This document shows, piece by piece, positions 20,413 to 31,261 of a stretch of 64,000 bases of DNA. A program made the translations under genes and the position numbers. Each line of letters begins with the position of its first letter. The first letter of the stretch is position 1. Source of the stretch: a bacterium (lineage in GTDB: Bacteria; Zhuqueibacterota; Zhuqueibacteria; Residuimicrobiales; Krinioviventaceae); contig CAXXFV010000016.1 of NCBI GenBank assembly GCA_963674595.2, forward strand, positions 320,001 through 384,000. The letters are read 5' to 3'. The notes under the pieces are model-generated. The model did no database searches, was not told the origin of the DNA, and saw only the letters and a list, made by a program, of their open reading frames with translations.

Positions 20413-23286
20413 TTAACTGTCACCAAGCCCTAATTCAAGAACAAGTACCTGCATTCTTTTTTTACTTTCAGCTATCCAATTGTTTTCTATTTGGTTTAGC
20501 TCGGCTTGTTGTACATTTTTTTTGTATGTTTCAAGGGCTTTTTCTTTATATGGTTTGGCTGTTTGGGCCAATTTTTCGTTATATAATTCCAAATCTTCGC
20601 CTTCTAACCCTTCGGGACGAGGCGATTCCATAAACGCTCGAACAAACTCTTCAAAAGCCATGCCAATCCGAAATGATGCGGCCGTACTCCAATCAGCAAC
20701 CTGGTATTCCAGAGTATTTTTGTAGGCGTTAAATACATTTTTAAATTTTGCCACTTTTAGCTTCAAGTTGCGATCTAATGGCGGTGTTAATTGCAAATTT
20801 TTATAGTCGTCAAAAAGCAACTCACCGATCATAAATTGAGAGTGTGCTGCATAATATCCATCAACCTCTTGTCCTGAATTCATAAAATTATCGAAAGACG
20901 AAACTGCTTTTTGATAGGCCATCATGGCTTGCTGTCCGTCATCGATTTTCATGCAAAGTTCACCAATTTTGTAATAGCTTTCAATCAGGTCATCGTTGGC
21001 ATTGGGAAATAATTCTGTTACTTTTTGATATGTTGCTTTTGCAGTAAACCAGTCTTCAATGTTTTCGTAACAGCGGGCTGCGTTTTTAAGGGCCTGTAAA
21101 GCGAACTTGGAATTTGTATATTGGTTTACTATCGTCATATAATTAGCAGAGGCAAGGGTCCATTCTTCATTATTTTCCCGAAGTCCTGCTGCTTTGTATA
21201 ATGCTTCATCGGCAAGTTGTGATGAAGGCACGTTTTTAACCAGATGTTCCAGTGAAAGTGCTGCACGTGTAAAATCATTAGCTTTTTGATATTGGTTTGC
21301 TGCTTCAAAATAAGCTCTTTCCTGAAACGCCGGATCATCGGACGTGACGGCAACATTGTTTAACAATTCGGCAGCCGCTTCTACATCACCCTGGTCGCTC
21401 ATTTGTTCTGCCATTTTATACTTTGAAGATAAGGATAAACGTAACGCTTTGTCATAAAAACGAGTCGAATCGGGGAAATTGGTTACAATGTTATTAAACC
21501 ACATATTTGCTTCCCCATAAAAGCCGCCGTCAAAACAACTTTGTCCCGCATTCATAGCGGCTGTCAGGTGATATGGGTTGTCAACTCCCAATTCCATCAC
21601 TTTTTTATAAACTTTAACAGCACCCGAATATTCCTGCAACTCATGCAAGGTTTCACCAAAATTCATCAAAACCTGATCCAGCCATTTGCTTTCAGGAAAG
21701 ATACGACAAAAGTCGTTACAAGCTCTTAAAAGATCTATTTCAGATTGGTGACCAACTTTGACAGGTAATATTTCGCCGGTACCTAAAAATTCATCAATAT
21801 AAATAGTGACACTTTCAATTAATTTATCACTTCCGGTAAGTTGATAGTAGCTTAAAATTCGGTTAAAAGCAGCTTCTTCCCGATAGGAGGAAGAATAGTA
21901 GCTGTTAACAACATTGTGATATGTTTTTGCGGCATTTTCATAATCTCCGGCACTGTAAAAACATTCGGCCAGGTAATATTGAATTTTGTCGGCATCATCA
22001 GCGTTTGGAAACAAGTTTAAATACTCTTTATATTTTTGTATCGCCAGGTGATAATCACGAACACGATCGTTTTTTTGCGCTTCAGCCTGATAATATGTTG
22101 CCAGGTAATATAACATCTCTTTAGAAATTTTTATACCTTCTTCATAAAGCGGACCGTCGGTATATTTTTGCAGCCAGTTTCCACTGGGCCCAAAGGTATA
22201 AACAATTTCGTTACGTACGTCATTGGCCTTTTCAATTCTTTCGTCTAATTCATAGTTTGTTACAATTTGACGGTAGATAGACGGGGATTTTTCATAATAG
22301 GGATAAAGTTCGGTGATTATACGATAGCTGCTAATTGCTTCAGGGTAATAATTCCTTTTTTGATACAATTCCGCCATGTTTAACAAAATATCCAAAGAAT
22401 AGTCTTTATCTTTTAACGGCAGCAAAAATTCTTTTGCTGCATCCGCGCCGCCAAATTCTGTAAAACAACTGGCGATATAAAAAATTGATTCGGATGTAAG
22501 ATCAGCTTTTGTTTTGCCTAAAATTTGTGATTTTGTACGCTCTAATAAAGAAATATCTTCAATGAGGTATAAAAAGGTACTGATTGAATTTGTGTAATCA
22601 TTAACATTGTAATAAGACCAGCCCAGTTTATATAGGGCCATGTCAAAATAGGGATTGTCCCATTTTTCCAGTAAAGCTTTATAATGAAGAATAGCATTGC
22701 TGAAATCACGTTTGGAAAAATAGTAATCTCCTAAACGAAAATGGGATTCCAATGTAATAGGAGATTGAGGGTGTTCTGTGATTATTTGTTCAAAATATGA
22801 TTTTGCTTTACGATAGTTGCCTTCCTGAGAATAGGCCATTGCCAGTTTGTATAAAATTTTATCTTTAAATTTATTGTTTGGATAATCTCGAAGGATTTTG
22901 TAACAATACTCGATTGATTTTTGAAGACTAATGCGTGGCATTATGGGTTCTTGGGTTAATTCGCCTCTGTCATATTTATCCAGCGCTTTTTCATAATCAG
23001 TCATTTCATTTTGGAAAACAATAGATGCCTGCTTTTGATACAATTCAGCAAGTTGAAACATAACAGTGGTTGCAAAATCACCATTTGGATATTTCACTAA
23101 TAGTTTTTCATGCTCAGATATTATTCGTTCCAGCTTGTCGAGATTTCCGTCCGAGTCTTTAATGACGGCCTGGACAAAGGAACTTTCCTGGGCTATTACA
23201 TCTTTTATTAAAAATGAAGAAATATTTACGGCAGAAAGACATGTAAATATTAATATCGATTTTTTAATGTTCATTTTATTTTGCAT
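20413..23286 (-). CDS. Large exported TPR protein (GltD/AgmU-like)
   Basis: Signal peptide and many TPR repeats (KILYKLAMAY, ALYKLGWSYY, WSTAASFRIG). Confidence 0.8.
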   Translation of the reverse strand: MQNKMNIKKSILIFTCLSAVNISSFLIKDVIAQESSFVQAVIKDSDGNLDKLERIISEHEKLLVKYPNGDFATTVMFQLAELYQKQASIVFQNEMTDYEKALDKYDRGELTQEPIMPRISLQKSIEYCYKILRDYPNNKFKDKILYKLAMAYSQEGNYRKAKSYFEQIITEHPQSPITLESHFRLGDYYFSKRDFSNAILHYKALLEKWDNPYFDMALYKLGWSYYNVNDYTNSISTFLYLIEDISLLERTKSQILGKTKADLTSESIFYIASCFTEFGGADAAKEFLLPLKDKDYSLDILLNMAELYQKRNYYPEAISSYRIITELYPYYEKSPSIYRQIVTNYELDERIEKANDVRNEIVYTFGPSGNWLQKYTDGPLYEEGIKISKEMLYYLATYYQAEAQKNDRVRDYHLAIQKYKEYLNLFPNADDADKIQYYLAECFYSAGDYENAAKTYHNVVNSYYSSSYREEAAFNRILSYYQLTGSDKLIESVTIYIDEFLGTGEILPVKVGHQSEIDLLRACNDFCRIFPESKWLDQVLMNFGETLHELQEYSGAVKVYKKVMELGVDNPYHLTAAMNAGQSCFDGGFYGEANMWFNNIVTNFPDSTRFYDKALRLSLSSKYKMAEQMSDQGDVEAAAELLNNVAVTSDDPAFQERAYFEAANQYQKANDFTRAALSLEHLVKNVPSSQLADEALYKAAGLRENNEEWTLASANYMTIVNQYTNSKFALQALKNAARCYENIEDWFTAKATYQKVTELFPNANDDLIESYYKIGELCMKIDDGQQAMMAYQKAVSSFDNFMNSGQEVDGYYAAHSQFMIGELLFDDYKNLQLTPPLDRNLKLKVAKFKNVFNAYKNTLEYQVADWSTAASFRIGMAFEEFVRAFMESPRPEGLEGEDLELYNEKLAQTAKPYKEKALETYKKNVQQAELNQIENNWIAESKKRMQVLVLELGLGDS

Positions 23287-23300
23287 TTACGTCCATAGAG

Positions 23301-24674
23301 TTATTCTAAAGTTGTTTTCTGTTTTAAAAAAAGAGCTCTAGATTTTCCATACTCTGCATAGGCGCGCCAGTCTCGTCGTTCTTCTTTCATTGTTGCCAGT
23401 TTTTTTAACCTTAAAATTTGGGTTGTTAACTGGTCAAAATCTTCTCTCTCTTTTTTAATTCTTTTCAAGAATTCTTCACGAAGTTCTGTAATATGTCCTT
23501 TTTCCTGTTGCATATTCTCCGGAAGACCATCAGTGGAATACAAGGGTAAAACTTCCAAAAGTTTACTTTCCAAAACCAGCAAATCCATTTTAATACGTTC
23601 AATGTTGAGTTCTTCACGTGCCAGGCTTTGACTTACGTCTTGTAATATAACAGGTATGGTATTGGCATCCGGGAAAATATCAACCAGATGTTCGTAAACT
23701 TTTAGGGCTTCATCATAGCGTTCAAGTTTGAGATAACTTCTTCCAAGGAGGAAAAAAGCTTCTTCAGAATTATCATTTTCAGGATATTGTGTAATGAAAT
23801 CCGTCAATGCCGGTACAGCATCTTCATAATTATTTAACTGACATGCTGCCCATCCTGATGCCAGCAATGCCTGGTCATAATTTTCATGATTGGATGACAC
23901 AGATTGGAATTCTTTATAGGCAAGATCATACTTGCCAAGCTCATAATATATATATCCTAATGTTAAATGGGTTTCATCAACGATACCACGTCTTTCATCA
24001 CTCACAATAGGTAAATGACTGAGTCTGCGAAAAGTTTCAACTGCTTTTCGAATACGTTTCATGCGTAAAAGAGATAAACCAATGTTGTATATACCATAAT
24101 CATAATATGGGCTGGTATCACTAATTTGTGATAAAACCTGAATAGCACGGGGATAGTCTTTCATGTAATAATAACTCTGTCCCGCATAATATCTTGAACA
24201 ATCCAGAATATCCGATGAAGGTGAACCTCTTAATATTGCTTTATAAAATTCAATACAACGCGCATAATCTTTTGTGTCGAACTGGATGCGTTGGAGACCC
24301 AGAAGGGCATTTGGAAGATGGGGACTACGGATGTATTTTTTTATAAGAAATTTGTAAATATTGCCGGCACCTTCATATAACCCAATTTCATACAAGCAAT
24401 CACCCAGTGTATAGACAACCTTGTCAATTTTTGAATAATCCGGGTAAAAGTCCATCAATATGATTAAATCTCTGGCGCTTTCCCAGTATTTTTCTTGATC
24501 AAAATGAGCAAGTGCTTGTTCATGAAGTTTTTGAGAGGCTTTTTCCAAATCTTCATTATATTTCTTTTGCATCCCCGACGAAATCGGCGTTGATGAAAAA
24601 GATTCAAATATAAAGACACATAAAATTTGAACGATTATAGAAACAGATAAAATGCCTTTTTGGGAAATATTCAT
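23301..24674 (-). CDS. Exported TPR protein with C-terminal coiled coil (GltC/GltE-like)
   Basis: Signal peptide, TPR repeats (ALLASGWA, AFFLLGRSY). Confidence 0.78.
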   Translation of the reverse strand: MNISQKGILSVSIIVQILCVFIFESFSSTPISSGMQKKYNEDLEKASQKLHEQALAHFDQEKYWESARDLIILMDFYPDYSKIDKVVYTLGDCLYEIGLYEGAGNIYKFLIKKYIRSPHLPNALLGLQRIQFDTKDYARCIEFYKAILRGSPSSDILDCSRYYAGQSYYYMKDYPRAIQVLSQISDTSPYYDYGIYNIGLSLLRMKRIRKAVETFRRLSHLPIVSDERRGIVDETHLTLGYIYYELGKYDLAYKEFQSVSSNHENYDQALLASGWAACQLNNYEDAVPALTDFITQYPENDNSEEAFFLLGRSYLKLERYDEALKVYEHLVDIFPDANTIPVILQDVSQSLAREELNIERIKMDLLVLESKLLEVLPLYSTDGLPENMQQEKGHITELREEFLKRIKKEREDFDQLTTQILRLKKLATMKEERRDWRAYAEYGKSRALFLKQKTTLE

Positions 24675-24702
24675 TTAATTACTTTCCAATTTTAAAAATT
24701 AT

Positions 24703-25731
24703 TTACTCCAAAGGCTCTTTATTTTTTTCTTTTTCAAGTTTCTTGCGCAGTTCTTCCAGTTCTTTGGCTACTTTTTCACGTTTATCACGAATGGAGTCCA
24801 GTTTGTTTTCTTCCTGTTTACGTTGTTCTTCTTTTATTTTTTGTTCTTTGGTTTTATATGAAAACAAAGTAGTACGATAGGTTGCACCGACAAGAATTTT
24901 CCAGTCAGCATAGTCTTTTAAATAGGGATTGTTACTGAGTTCCAGTTCCGAAGGTTTGTAACCACCGAGTTCAATATCACCGGCAATGTCAAAAACCAGA
25001 TTTAAAGGACCCAGGAATCGTAGTCCTTGAGTGAAACGAATGGAATTCTGACTAAAAGTCACATTGTCGCCATTGTTGATAAAAAGTTCACCGGTTATTT
25101 CAGAATAGAGCAGGGAAGACCGGACCGGGAATTTAAATCCAAAACCACCAATTAATTGGTCTGTTTTGTCAGAGAAAAAGCGGTCTGCCATATCATGATC
25201 CCAATACCCAACATTTAAAGATATTTTTAAGGGTAACATACCGGAAGTGTTTTTCAAATCAAAAGTCGTTAATCCCATGATACCCCATCCTGTTGCGTCT
25301 GAACTATATGGTTCAAATAAAACATTGTGATGTTGCGCTGTCGGGAAACTTGCAAAACCAAGGATGGCAAAATTAGTTACGGCGTCTTTGCGTTGAAATT
25401 GATATTTAATTCCCAGTTTTGAATCTCCGGGAGGGCCGAAAGCATTCTTTTGATCATCCTGATAAGGAACAAGGTGAATAAACATATCAAAAGATTTTGC
25501 TAAACCTAATGTAAATGAAAGGTTAAGAGTATGGTCTTCAAATGTTGATTTTGTTTCCTTTTCTCCGGCATAACCACTATATGTGGCATTAATGTATAGA
25601 TGACCCGGATAAACGGTTTCTGCATCAAACACACGTAGCTGTCCTTTACCACCTGATAAAGTAACCTGTGAGTAGGATAAAGATGAGATTGTTAATAAAA
25701 AGACACACGCAATAATATTTATTTTTTTCAA
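24703..25731 (-). CDS. Putative outer-membrane beta-barrel protein with C-terminal coiled coil
   Basis: Signal peptide, GGKGQLRVFDA start, alternating strands ending in ILVGATY, then a K/E-rich helix. Confidence 0.6.
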   Translation of the reverse strand: MKKINIIACVFLLTISSLSYSQVTLSGGKGQLRVFDAETVYPGHLYINATYSGYAGEKETKSTFEDHTLNLSFTLGLAKSFDMFIHLVPYQDDQKNAFGPPGDSKLGIKYQFQRKDAVTNFAILGFASFPTAQHHNVLFEPYSSDATGWGIMGLTTFDLKNTSGMLPLKISLNVGYWDHDMADRFFSDKTDQLIGGFGFKFPVRSSLLYSEITGELFINNGDNVTFSQNSIRFTQGLRFLGPLNLVFDIAGDIELGGYKPSELELSNNPYLKDYADWKILVGATYRTTLFSYKTKEQKIKEEQRKQEENKLDSIRDKREKVAKELEELRKKLEKEKNKEPLE

Positions 25732-25880
25732 ATTGTCTTCTCCGCTTTTTGTATTTCCAAAATTGAAATTTTACAGGTAAATTGCCTTTAAATGATTGTA
25801 AATTTAAAGGTTTAATTTAACGCAAAATTCTAATTTAAATGATCTTGTGAATAATTGCAACATAAATTTAGCTCTTAAAC

Positions 25881-28055
25881 TTAAAGCATACCTTTTTGCT
25901 TTCTGATAAACCATTCTAATGACAGCAATAATAGTATAAATACTAAAACGAGTGTCTTATCGCGTAGAATAAATTCATTTTCAATAGTAATTTTTTCAAC
26001 TTTTCCGGTAATTTGGGACTGAAGAGAATTGACAGAGTCAATATGTGTGTAACTACCGTTAGTTGTTTGAGAAAGCTGTTTCAGTATTAAACTTAAAAGC
26101 TGTGTGTTGTTTAATTCGTTATTATAATTACCAACTGTAAATAGTGTGCTATTTTTACCAATGAGCTGATCATTTTTATTTGCCGTTATTTCAATTTTAT
26201 AATCACCGGGTTTTTGAGGTTGGTATTTAATTTCATAATCACCCGGTTCTTTTTCTGTTGCAATGATCGTCAGGTTGTCTTTTTCTGTCGTTATTTCTGC
26301 TTTTACATAGGCAGATTCAACCGGAGACCTGTTATTGTCATATACTTTAACTTTAACCTGGACAGGTTCTCCAAATTTATAGCTCGATTTATTTGTTTCA
26401 ATGTATACGCTTTTCGTTGATTTTTGATTTTCAAGCGATCTAACCAAATTATTATAAAGCTTGTTATAAAAATCAGAATTGTTGTTTATGCCCCAAAGCA
26501 TCAGGTCCCAACGCCAGGTCGGGTATGCAAGAACTGCTGCCGACTTGTTTATGCTTGATCGTGTCAGGATAAAAGGGGCTTTATCCGTGTCTTTAGCATT
26601 TAGGCTGACATTTTGAGATGAAAATGTTTTCAGTTCAGCCAATAGCTCAGAATCCGGCCATTTTTGATAAACATGATTAGAAAAAATCGGTGGGAGTTGT
26701 TGCCAAATGAAATTCATTTTGCTGCTGTTCTCTCCAAGTTGCATGACCTGATGTTGTTCACCCACAGCCGTTAACTGTGTGTAAACCAACCTTTCGTTTC
26801 GTTGCTTAACTATGCTGCTAAAGGGCAAAAAGTCTTTAAATAGTAACAGTTTTTCAGGATTTACATTTTTTCCGCTAATAAATAAAATAGAGCTTTTGTT
26901 TTTTTGTAATTGCTCTAAAATATTTTTTATAAATTCTGAATTTGTTTGAAACGTTGGAAAATCCAGGAAAATGAAAATATCCGTATTTTCCAGTTTATTA
27001 TATTCGTTAAAATTATAAAAATTGCTCTTTGTGTTTTGAAAAGAGTAAATTTTATATCGTTTATTATTGGACAGGTGCCTCTTTAAAAAACTTGTTTCGG
27101 CATTTATACTGCCCGCAATTATTGTAATTTGCAACTTTGATTTTAAAATATCAAGATAAAAATTTTTTTTATTGTTTTTTTCGTTTTTTTCTTGCAATAA
27201 TTTCGGAATTTCGACTGTTAATTGCTGCCGACCCACCTGTTGAGGGGTATAATCCAGCTTTAATTTAATTTCAGAGGGAAAAGATGTAAACGTTATATTT
27301 TTTGTTATGATTGTTTTATTTTCTGACTTGAGAATAACCGGTACGGTTACATTTTTTATTCCGTTGTTATGTATGGTAACATAGACCGGAGTGCTTTCTC
27401 CTATATAGGCAAAATTGTTAACCTCAAGATCAACAATAGAAATATCCGGAGATTGTTTTTCTGAACCGACTCCGATAGTGTAAATTGGGACCTCAAGCTC
27501 AGGGGCCACACGAACAGGATTACCGCCCGATGTATAATTACCATCTGTTATTAAAAAAATGCCATTCAAATTTTCCTGTATCAGTTCGGCTTTTGCCTGC
27601 TCTAAATTTGTTTTTAAATCGGTTTCATCGCCTGTAAAGGTTAAAGTATCATTTTTTGTATATTCTTTTAGAGTGTTGGCACCGGAAAACGTATAGTATT
27701 TAAATTTGTAATTTGCGCCGAGTTTATTAAAAAAATCTGTTTTTAATAAATTGATGACTTGCTTTGAACCAAGTCCCTGATCATTTTCGATATTCATACT
27801 CGCTGAGTTATCCAATAATACGGCAAAAACAGGTGGTAATTTTTTTGAAAAAAAGGTATGAATTGTCGGCTCTGCCAACAGTAAGACAAGTGTAAAAAGA
27901 ACAATATATCTTGAAATAATTAAAATTGTTTTTAAAAAAGGGGGTATAGGGGGATTGGTGCGTTTATATATAAATAACGTAAATACTATTAGTATTAAAA
28001 ATAATATAACCAGAATAGGTAAAGAATGAACAATGTTTATTTGAAAGTTTAACAT
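25881..28055 (-). CDS. Membrane-anchored vWA-domain protein
   Basis: N-terminal TMs, MIDAS LLDNSASM and LITDG, C-terminal LEWFIRK. Confidence 0.75.
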   Translation of the reverse strand: MLNFQINIVHSLPILVILFLILIVFTLFIYKRTNPPIPPFLKTILIISRYIVLFTLVLLLAEPTIHTFFSKKLPPVFAVLLDNSASMNIENDQGLGSKQVINLLKTDFFNKLGANYKFKYYTFSGANTLKEYTKNDTLTFTGDETDLKTNLEQAKAELIQENLNGIFLITDGNYTSGGNPVRVAPELEVPIYTIGVGSEKQSPDISIVDLEVNNFAYIGESTPVYVTIHNNGIKNVTVPVILKSENKTIITKNITFTSFPSEIKLKLDYTPQQVGRQQLTVEIPKLLQEKNEKNNKKNFYLDILKSKLQITIIAGSINAETSFLKRHLSNNKRYKIYSFQNTKSNFYNFNEYNKLENTDIFIFLDFPTFQTNSEFIKNILEQLQKNKSSILFISGKNVNPEKLLLFKDFLPFSSIVKQRNERLVYTQLTAVGEQHQVMQLGENSSKMNFIWQQLPPIFSNHVYQKWPDSELLAELKTFSSQNVSLNAKDTDKAPFILTRSSINKSAAVLAYPTWRWDLMLWGINNNSDFYNKLYNNLVRSLENQKSTKSVYIETNKSSYKFGEPVQVKVKVYDNNRSPVESAYVKAEITTEKDNLTIIATEKEPGDYEIKYQPQKPGDYKIEITANKNDQLIGKNSTLFTVGNYNNELNNTQLLSLILKQLSQTTNGSYTHIDSVNSLQSQITGKVEKITIENEFILRDKTLVLVFILLLLSLEWFIRKQKGML

Positions 28056-28097
28056 AAAAGTGATAATTCTTTTTTTTAACTATCATATTTTGCATAG

Positions 28098-29090
28098 TTA
28101 ATTTACAAGTGATAAATTGGGAACAACATCCAAATCAAGGTCTGATTGCTGCCCTTTCAATAGTCTTAGTTGTCCTGCTTTGGCAATCATTGCGGCATTG
28201 TCTGTGCATAGCTTGGGAGACGGAATGAATAATGAAATATTCTTTTTATGGCACTTTTCTTCAAATGTTTTACGTAAGGCTGAATTGCACGCTACTCCGC
28301 CGGCAATTACCAGATTTTGACATTTATATTTTTGTAAAGCTTTAATACTTTTAATGAGTAATACATCTATCACTGCTTTTTGAAAACTGGCGGCAACATC
28401 TGCAATATTTATATTATCCAAAGTTTGTGACTGAACATGGTATAGAACAGCGGTTTTAAGGCCGCTAAAACTAAAATCCAGATTATCTTTATCCAAAAGA
28501 GCGCGTGGAAATTGAATGGAATCCGGATTTCCATCGAGTGCGGTCATTTCGATAACAGGGCCGCCGGGATAACCAAGCCTCAGTATTTTTGCAACTTTGT
28601 CAAAAGCCTCGCCGGCAGCGTCATCAATTGTTCGGCCTATAATTTTATAATCCAAAGGTTTTTTAACGAGAACCAGTTGTGTGTGCCCACCGGATATAAT
28701 GAGGCAGATAAAAGGGTATGATATATCATTCTCTAGAAAAGCAGCCGATAGATGACCCTCGATATGATTGACGCCGATCCATTTTTTATCAAGGCCAAGT
28801 GCCAGACCTTTACAAACACCGAGTCCGACTAAAAGAGAACCCGCAAGCCCCGGACCATAGGTTACTGCCAGTCCATCAATATCATTTAGTGATTTGCCTG
28901 CTTCGGTTAATGCTTTTTTAATAATCGGAACCAGCAATTTAACATGTGCTCTTGAAGCAAATTCCGGTACAACACCGCCATATTCTTCATGGATTTTTTG
29001 GGTTGTAATAATGTTTGATAAAATTGAATCAGAATCTATAACCGCTGCACTTGTTTCATCGCAGGATGACTCTATTCCTAAAATGGTCAT
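28098..29090 (-). CDS. tsaD: tRNA N6-adenosine threonylcarbamoyltransferase
   Basis: LGIESSCDET, GGVVPEFASRAH, HIEGH, SGGHT, CTDNAAMI. Confidence 0.97.
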   Translation of the reverse strand: MTILGIESSCDETSAAVIDSDSILSNIITTQKIHEEYGGVVPEFASRAHVKLLVPIIKKALTEAGKSLNDIDGLAVTYGPGLAGSLLVGLGVCKGLALGLDKKWIGVNHIEGHLSAAFLENDISYPFICLIISGGHTQLVLVKKPLDYKIIGRTIDDAAGEAFDKVAKILRLGYPGGPVIEMTALDGNPDSIQFPRALLDKDNLDFSFSGLKTAVLYHVQSQTLDNINIADVAASFQKAVIDVLLIKSIKALQKYKCQNLVIAGGVACNSALRKTFEEKCHKKNISLFIPSPKLCTDNAAMIAKAGQLRLLKGQQSDLDLDVVPNLSLVN

Positions 29091-30064
29091 TTGATGCCTT
29101 GATTTGATAGTCGTTCTAAAATTATCTTGAATCTTTTTGGCTGAATTTCACGATACCTGATTCCGGGAAGGGGTTCAATATATGCGGGAAACTCGTTATT
29201 GCTTTGGTCTTTATGTCTGGTATAATCTATAAATGCAATAATATCTTTTTCCTGAACTTTGGCAACAACGTCAACTCCACCTTGTATGATGAGAGATAAT
29301 GAAGAAGGGATGACGAGAGCTTTCATGTTGTCCGGTATATTAATTACATTAACTGATATGTTGTAAAGCCGCCTTTCCATAAGTTTTTGAATGTCGGCAT
29401 TAATAACTGTGTTTGATTCGGATATTCTTAATAAATCTGTTTTAGGTTGTATCAGGTCTATTGGTTTTTCAATAGGAAGTTTTAGTTTATCCCAATAATC
29501 GGCTTTGGTGTATATAGAGTCGCATGTGTCAACAACAGATTGCGCCCCTGATATTTCGATGTGAGACGGTGTCAGCGTTATGTCATCGACAATGGTATAT
29601 CCGGCAAGAGGTTTGACTAAAACATTGTTTTTTATAGGAACGCTCTTTGAAATATATTTTTCAATTTTTATTTGAAAAGAATCCGGGGATGTTATTTCAA
29701 GTAAAGTTAATTTTTTAGAGTTACCATATAAACGAATATCCGTTAAAGTTGGACGAACTGTTTGTGTACCTGCTTCCCATTTTGGAGATATCTGTATATT
29801 GCCTTCTCTGAATATAAGAAAAGAAAGAAGAGCTTTCCCTTGCCCGCGAATTCGAATTTGGGCTTTTGACGGAATATCACTAACTATTATAAATCCGTGA
29901 GTTTGTTCTGGACAAATTATAGGGAGGTCGGTTTCATATTCGAATGAGCCGTTAGAAACAACAAGAAACCAGATAAAAAAGGCAAAGCATGTTGATGCGA
30001 TTTTAATTTTATTTTTTTCCCAAAATCGCTTTTCTTTTGAGAAAAATTTATTTGTATGAAGCAT
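29087..30064 (-). CDS. YbbR/CdaR-like membrane-anchored protein
   Basis: N-terminal TM (FAFFIWFLV) followed by repeated beta domains (SKSVPI, PSHIEISGA). Confidence 0.7.
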   Translation of the reverse strand: MLHTNKFFSKEKRFWEKNKIKIASTCFAFFIWFLVVSNGSFEYETDLPIICPEQTHGFIIVSDIPSKAQIRIRGQGKALLSFLIFREGNIQISPKWEAGTQTVRPTLTDIRLYGNSKKLTLLEITSPDSFQIKIEKYISKSVPIKNNVLVKPLAGYTIVDDITLTPSHIEISGAQSVVDTCDSIYTKADYWDKLKLPIEKPIDLIQPKTDLLRISESNTVINADIQKLMERRLYNISVNVINIPDNMKALVIPSSLSLIIQGGVDVVAKVQEKDIIAFIDYTRHKDQSNNEFPAYIEPLPGIRYREIQPKRFKIILERLSNQGIK

Positions 30065-30108
30065 AAAAAATATCGTAACCCTGTTGCTGCAAATATGTTG
30101 AAAAGTAG

Positions 30109-30137
30109 AAAAGGGTGGCTAGTTTATTGGCCACCCT
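30109..30137 (-). terminator. Intrinsic terminator after the small Zn-ribbon gene
   Basis: AGGGTGGC...GCCACCCT hairpin followed by TTTCTACTTTT on the minus strand. Confidence 0.75.
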
Positions 30138-30170
30138 AAAATGCTCTCGAATACGATACATCCTTATGTG

Positions 30171-30362
30171 TTATCTTACAGAAGCTTTGATATCTTTACC
30201 AATACTGATCTCCCCATTGTCAATACGGATATTGTATCCGCATCCAGGATTTGTACATACCCAAGCTTTGTATTTTATGGAAGATCCCTCTCTTCCATAA
30301 TCTGATAAGGGAACCAACACACCAAGTTTACATTTTAAACAATCGGGGTAAACTTTTTCCAT
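30171..30362 (-). CDS. Small putative zinc-ribbon protein (63 aa)
   Basis: CLKC...CTNPGC; strong RBS (GAGGTGAGGAG); has its own terminator. Confidence 0.75.
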   Translation of the reverse strand: MEKVYPDCLKCKLGVLVPLSDYGREGSSIKYKAWVCTNPGCGYNIRIDNGEISIGKDIKASVR

Positions 30363-30525
30363 TACCGAACTCTCCTCACCTCACATTACTCTACCTAATG
30401 GCAAAAGTATATTAATGATTGATTGAATTACAAAATTTTACATAAACTAATAAAAATAAGTTAAATCAAGTTGAAAGTCAATGATTTTTTTACATTTATT
30501 TTGACTAAAATAATTGTACACTGTT

Positions 30526-31227
30526 TTATACCAACAATACTGCAAATCCGCTGAAAAGAGCGATGATGAAAGATGCTGTTTTTGCTATTGTATGATATTT
30601 TGTGTTTTGTTTGTGCTTTATAAAAATTAAAAACAGTATTAATAACGGAAACAGCAAATATATGCCACCTAATAGTATACCACCTGTGGTGACAAAACGT
30701 TCCAGGTAACCTGATATTTTTTGTCTGAATCCCGGATAAGGAATGGTTTTTCCGGTAATTTTTTTATACCAATAGCGTTGGATATAGTATACAATCGGTA
30801 CACTTGCAAATATTGAAAATACGAGTGATATGATATAAATAATATTTTTTTTGGTTATTAATATGCCAAAAATTTTATATTCTTGAATCGTTAATGTACT
30901 ATCAAGCCAGGAGGCAGCAATCCAAATTGCTGCAAAATGCAAAACCTGATCTATACTGAAAAACAACAGATTGTCTTTTTTTGTTTTTTGAGTGAAATAG
31001 ATTTTACTCGTGTCGAGAATAAAGTGAACAATAGCTAAAGCTGCTATTGCTGCCCATGTTTGCCAAAAATGGATGTATGGTATAAGCACAAAGATATTAA
31101 CAAGGGTACATATTAGGATATGAGGAATACCCCCAATTTTTGATTTTGTTTTTAACTGATAAATCAAATCAGTCTGTAAAGGGAAATCCCCTGTTACATG
31201 AGCTAATAAAAGAATGAGGAACAGCAT
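30526..31227 (-). CDS. DUF3307 family membrane protein
   Basis: LAHVTGDFPLQ, HFILD, DQVLH, GYLER. Confidence 0.8.
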   Translation of the reverse strand: MLFLILLLAHVTGDFPLQTDLIYQLKTKSKIGGIPHILICTLVNIFVLIPYIHFWQTWAAIAALAIVHFILDTSKIYFTQKTKKDNLLFFSIDQVLHFAAIWIAASWLDSTLTIQEYKIFGILITKKNIIYIISLVFSIFASVPIVYYIQRYWYKKITGKTIPYPGFRQKISGYLERFVTTGGILLGGIYLLFPLLILFLIFIKHKQNTKYHTIAKTASFIIALFSGFAVLLV

Positions 31228-31261
31228 TCATGTTCCTTGTGCTTTACAGAAATCAGTTTAA

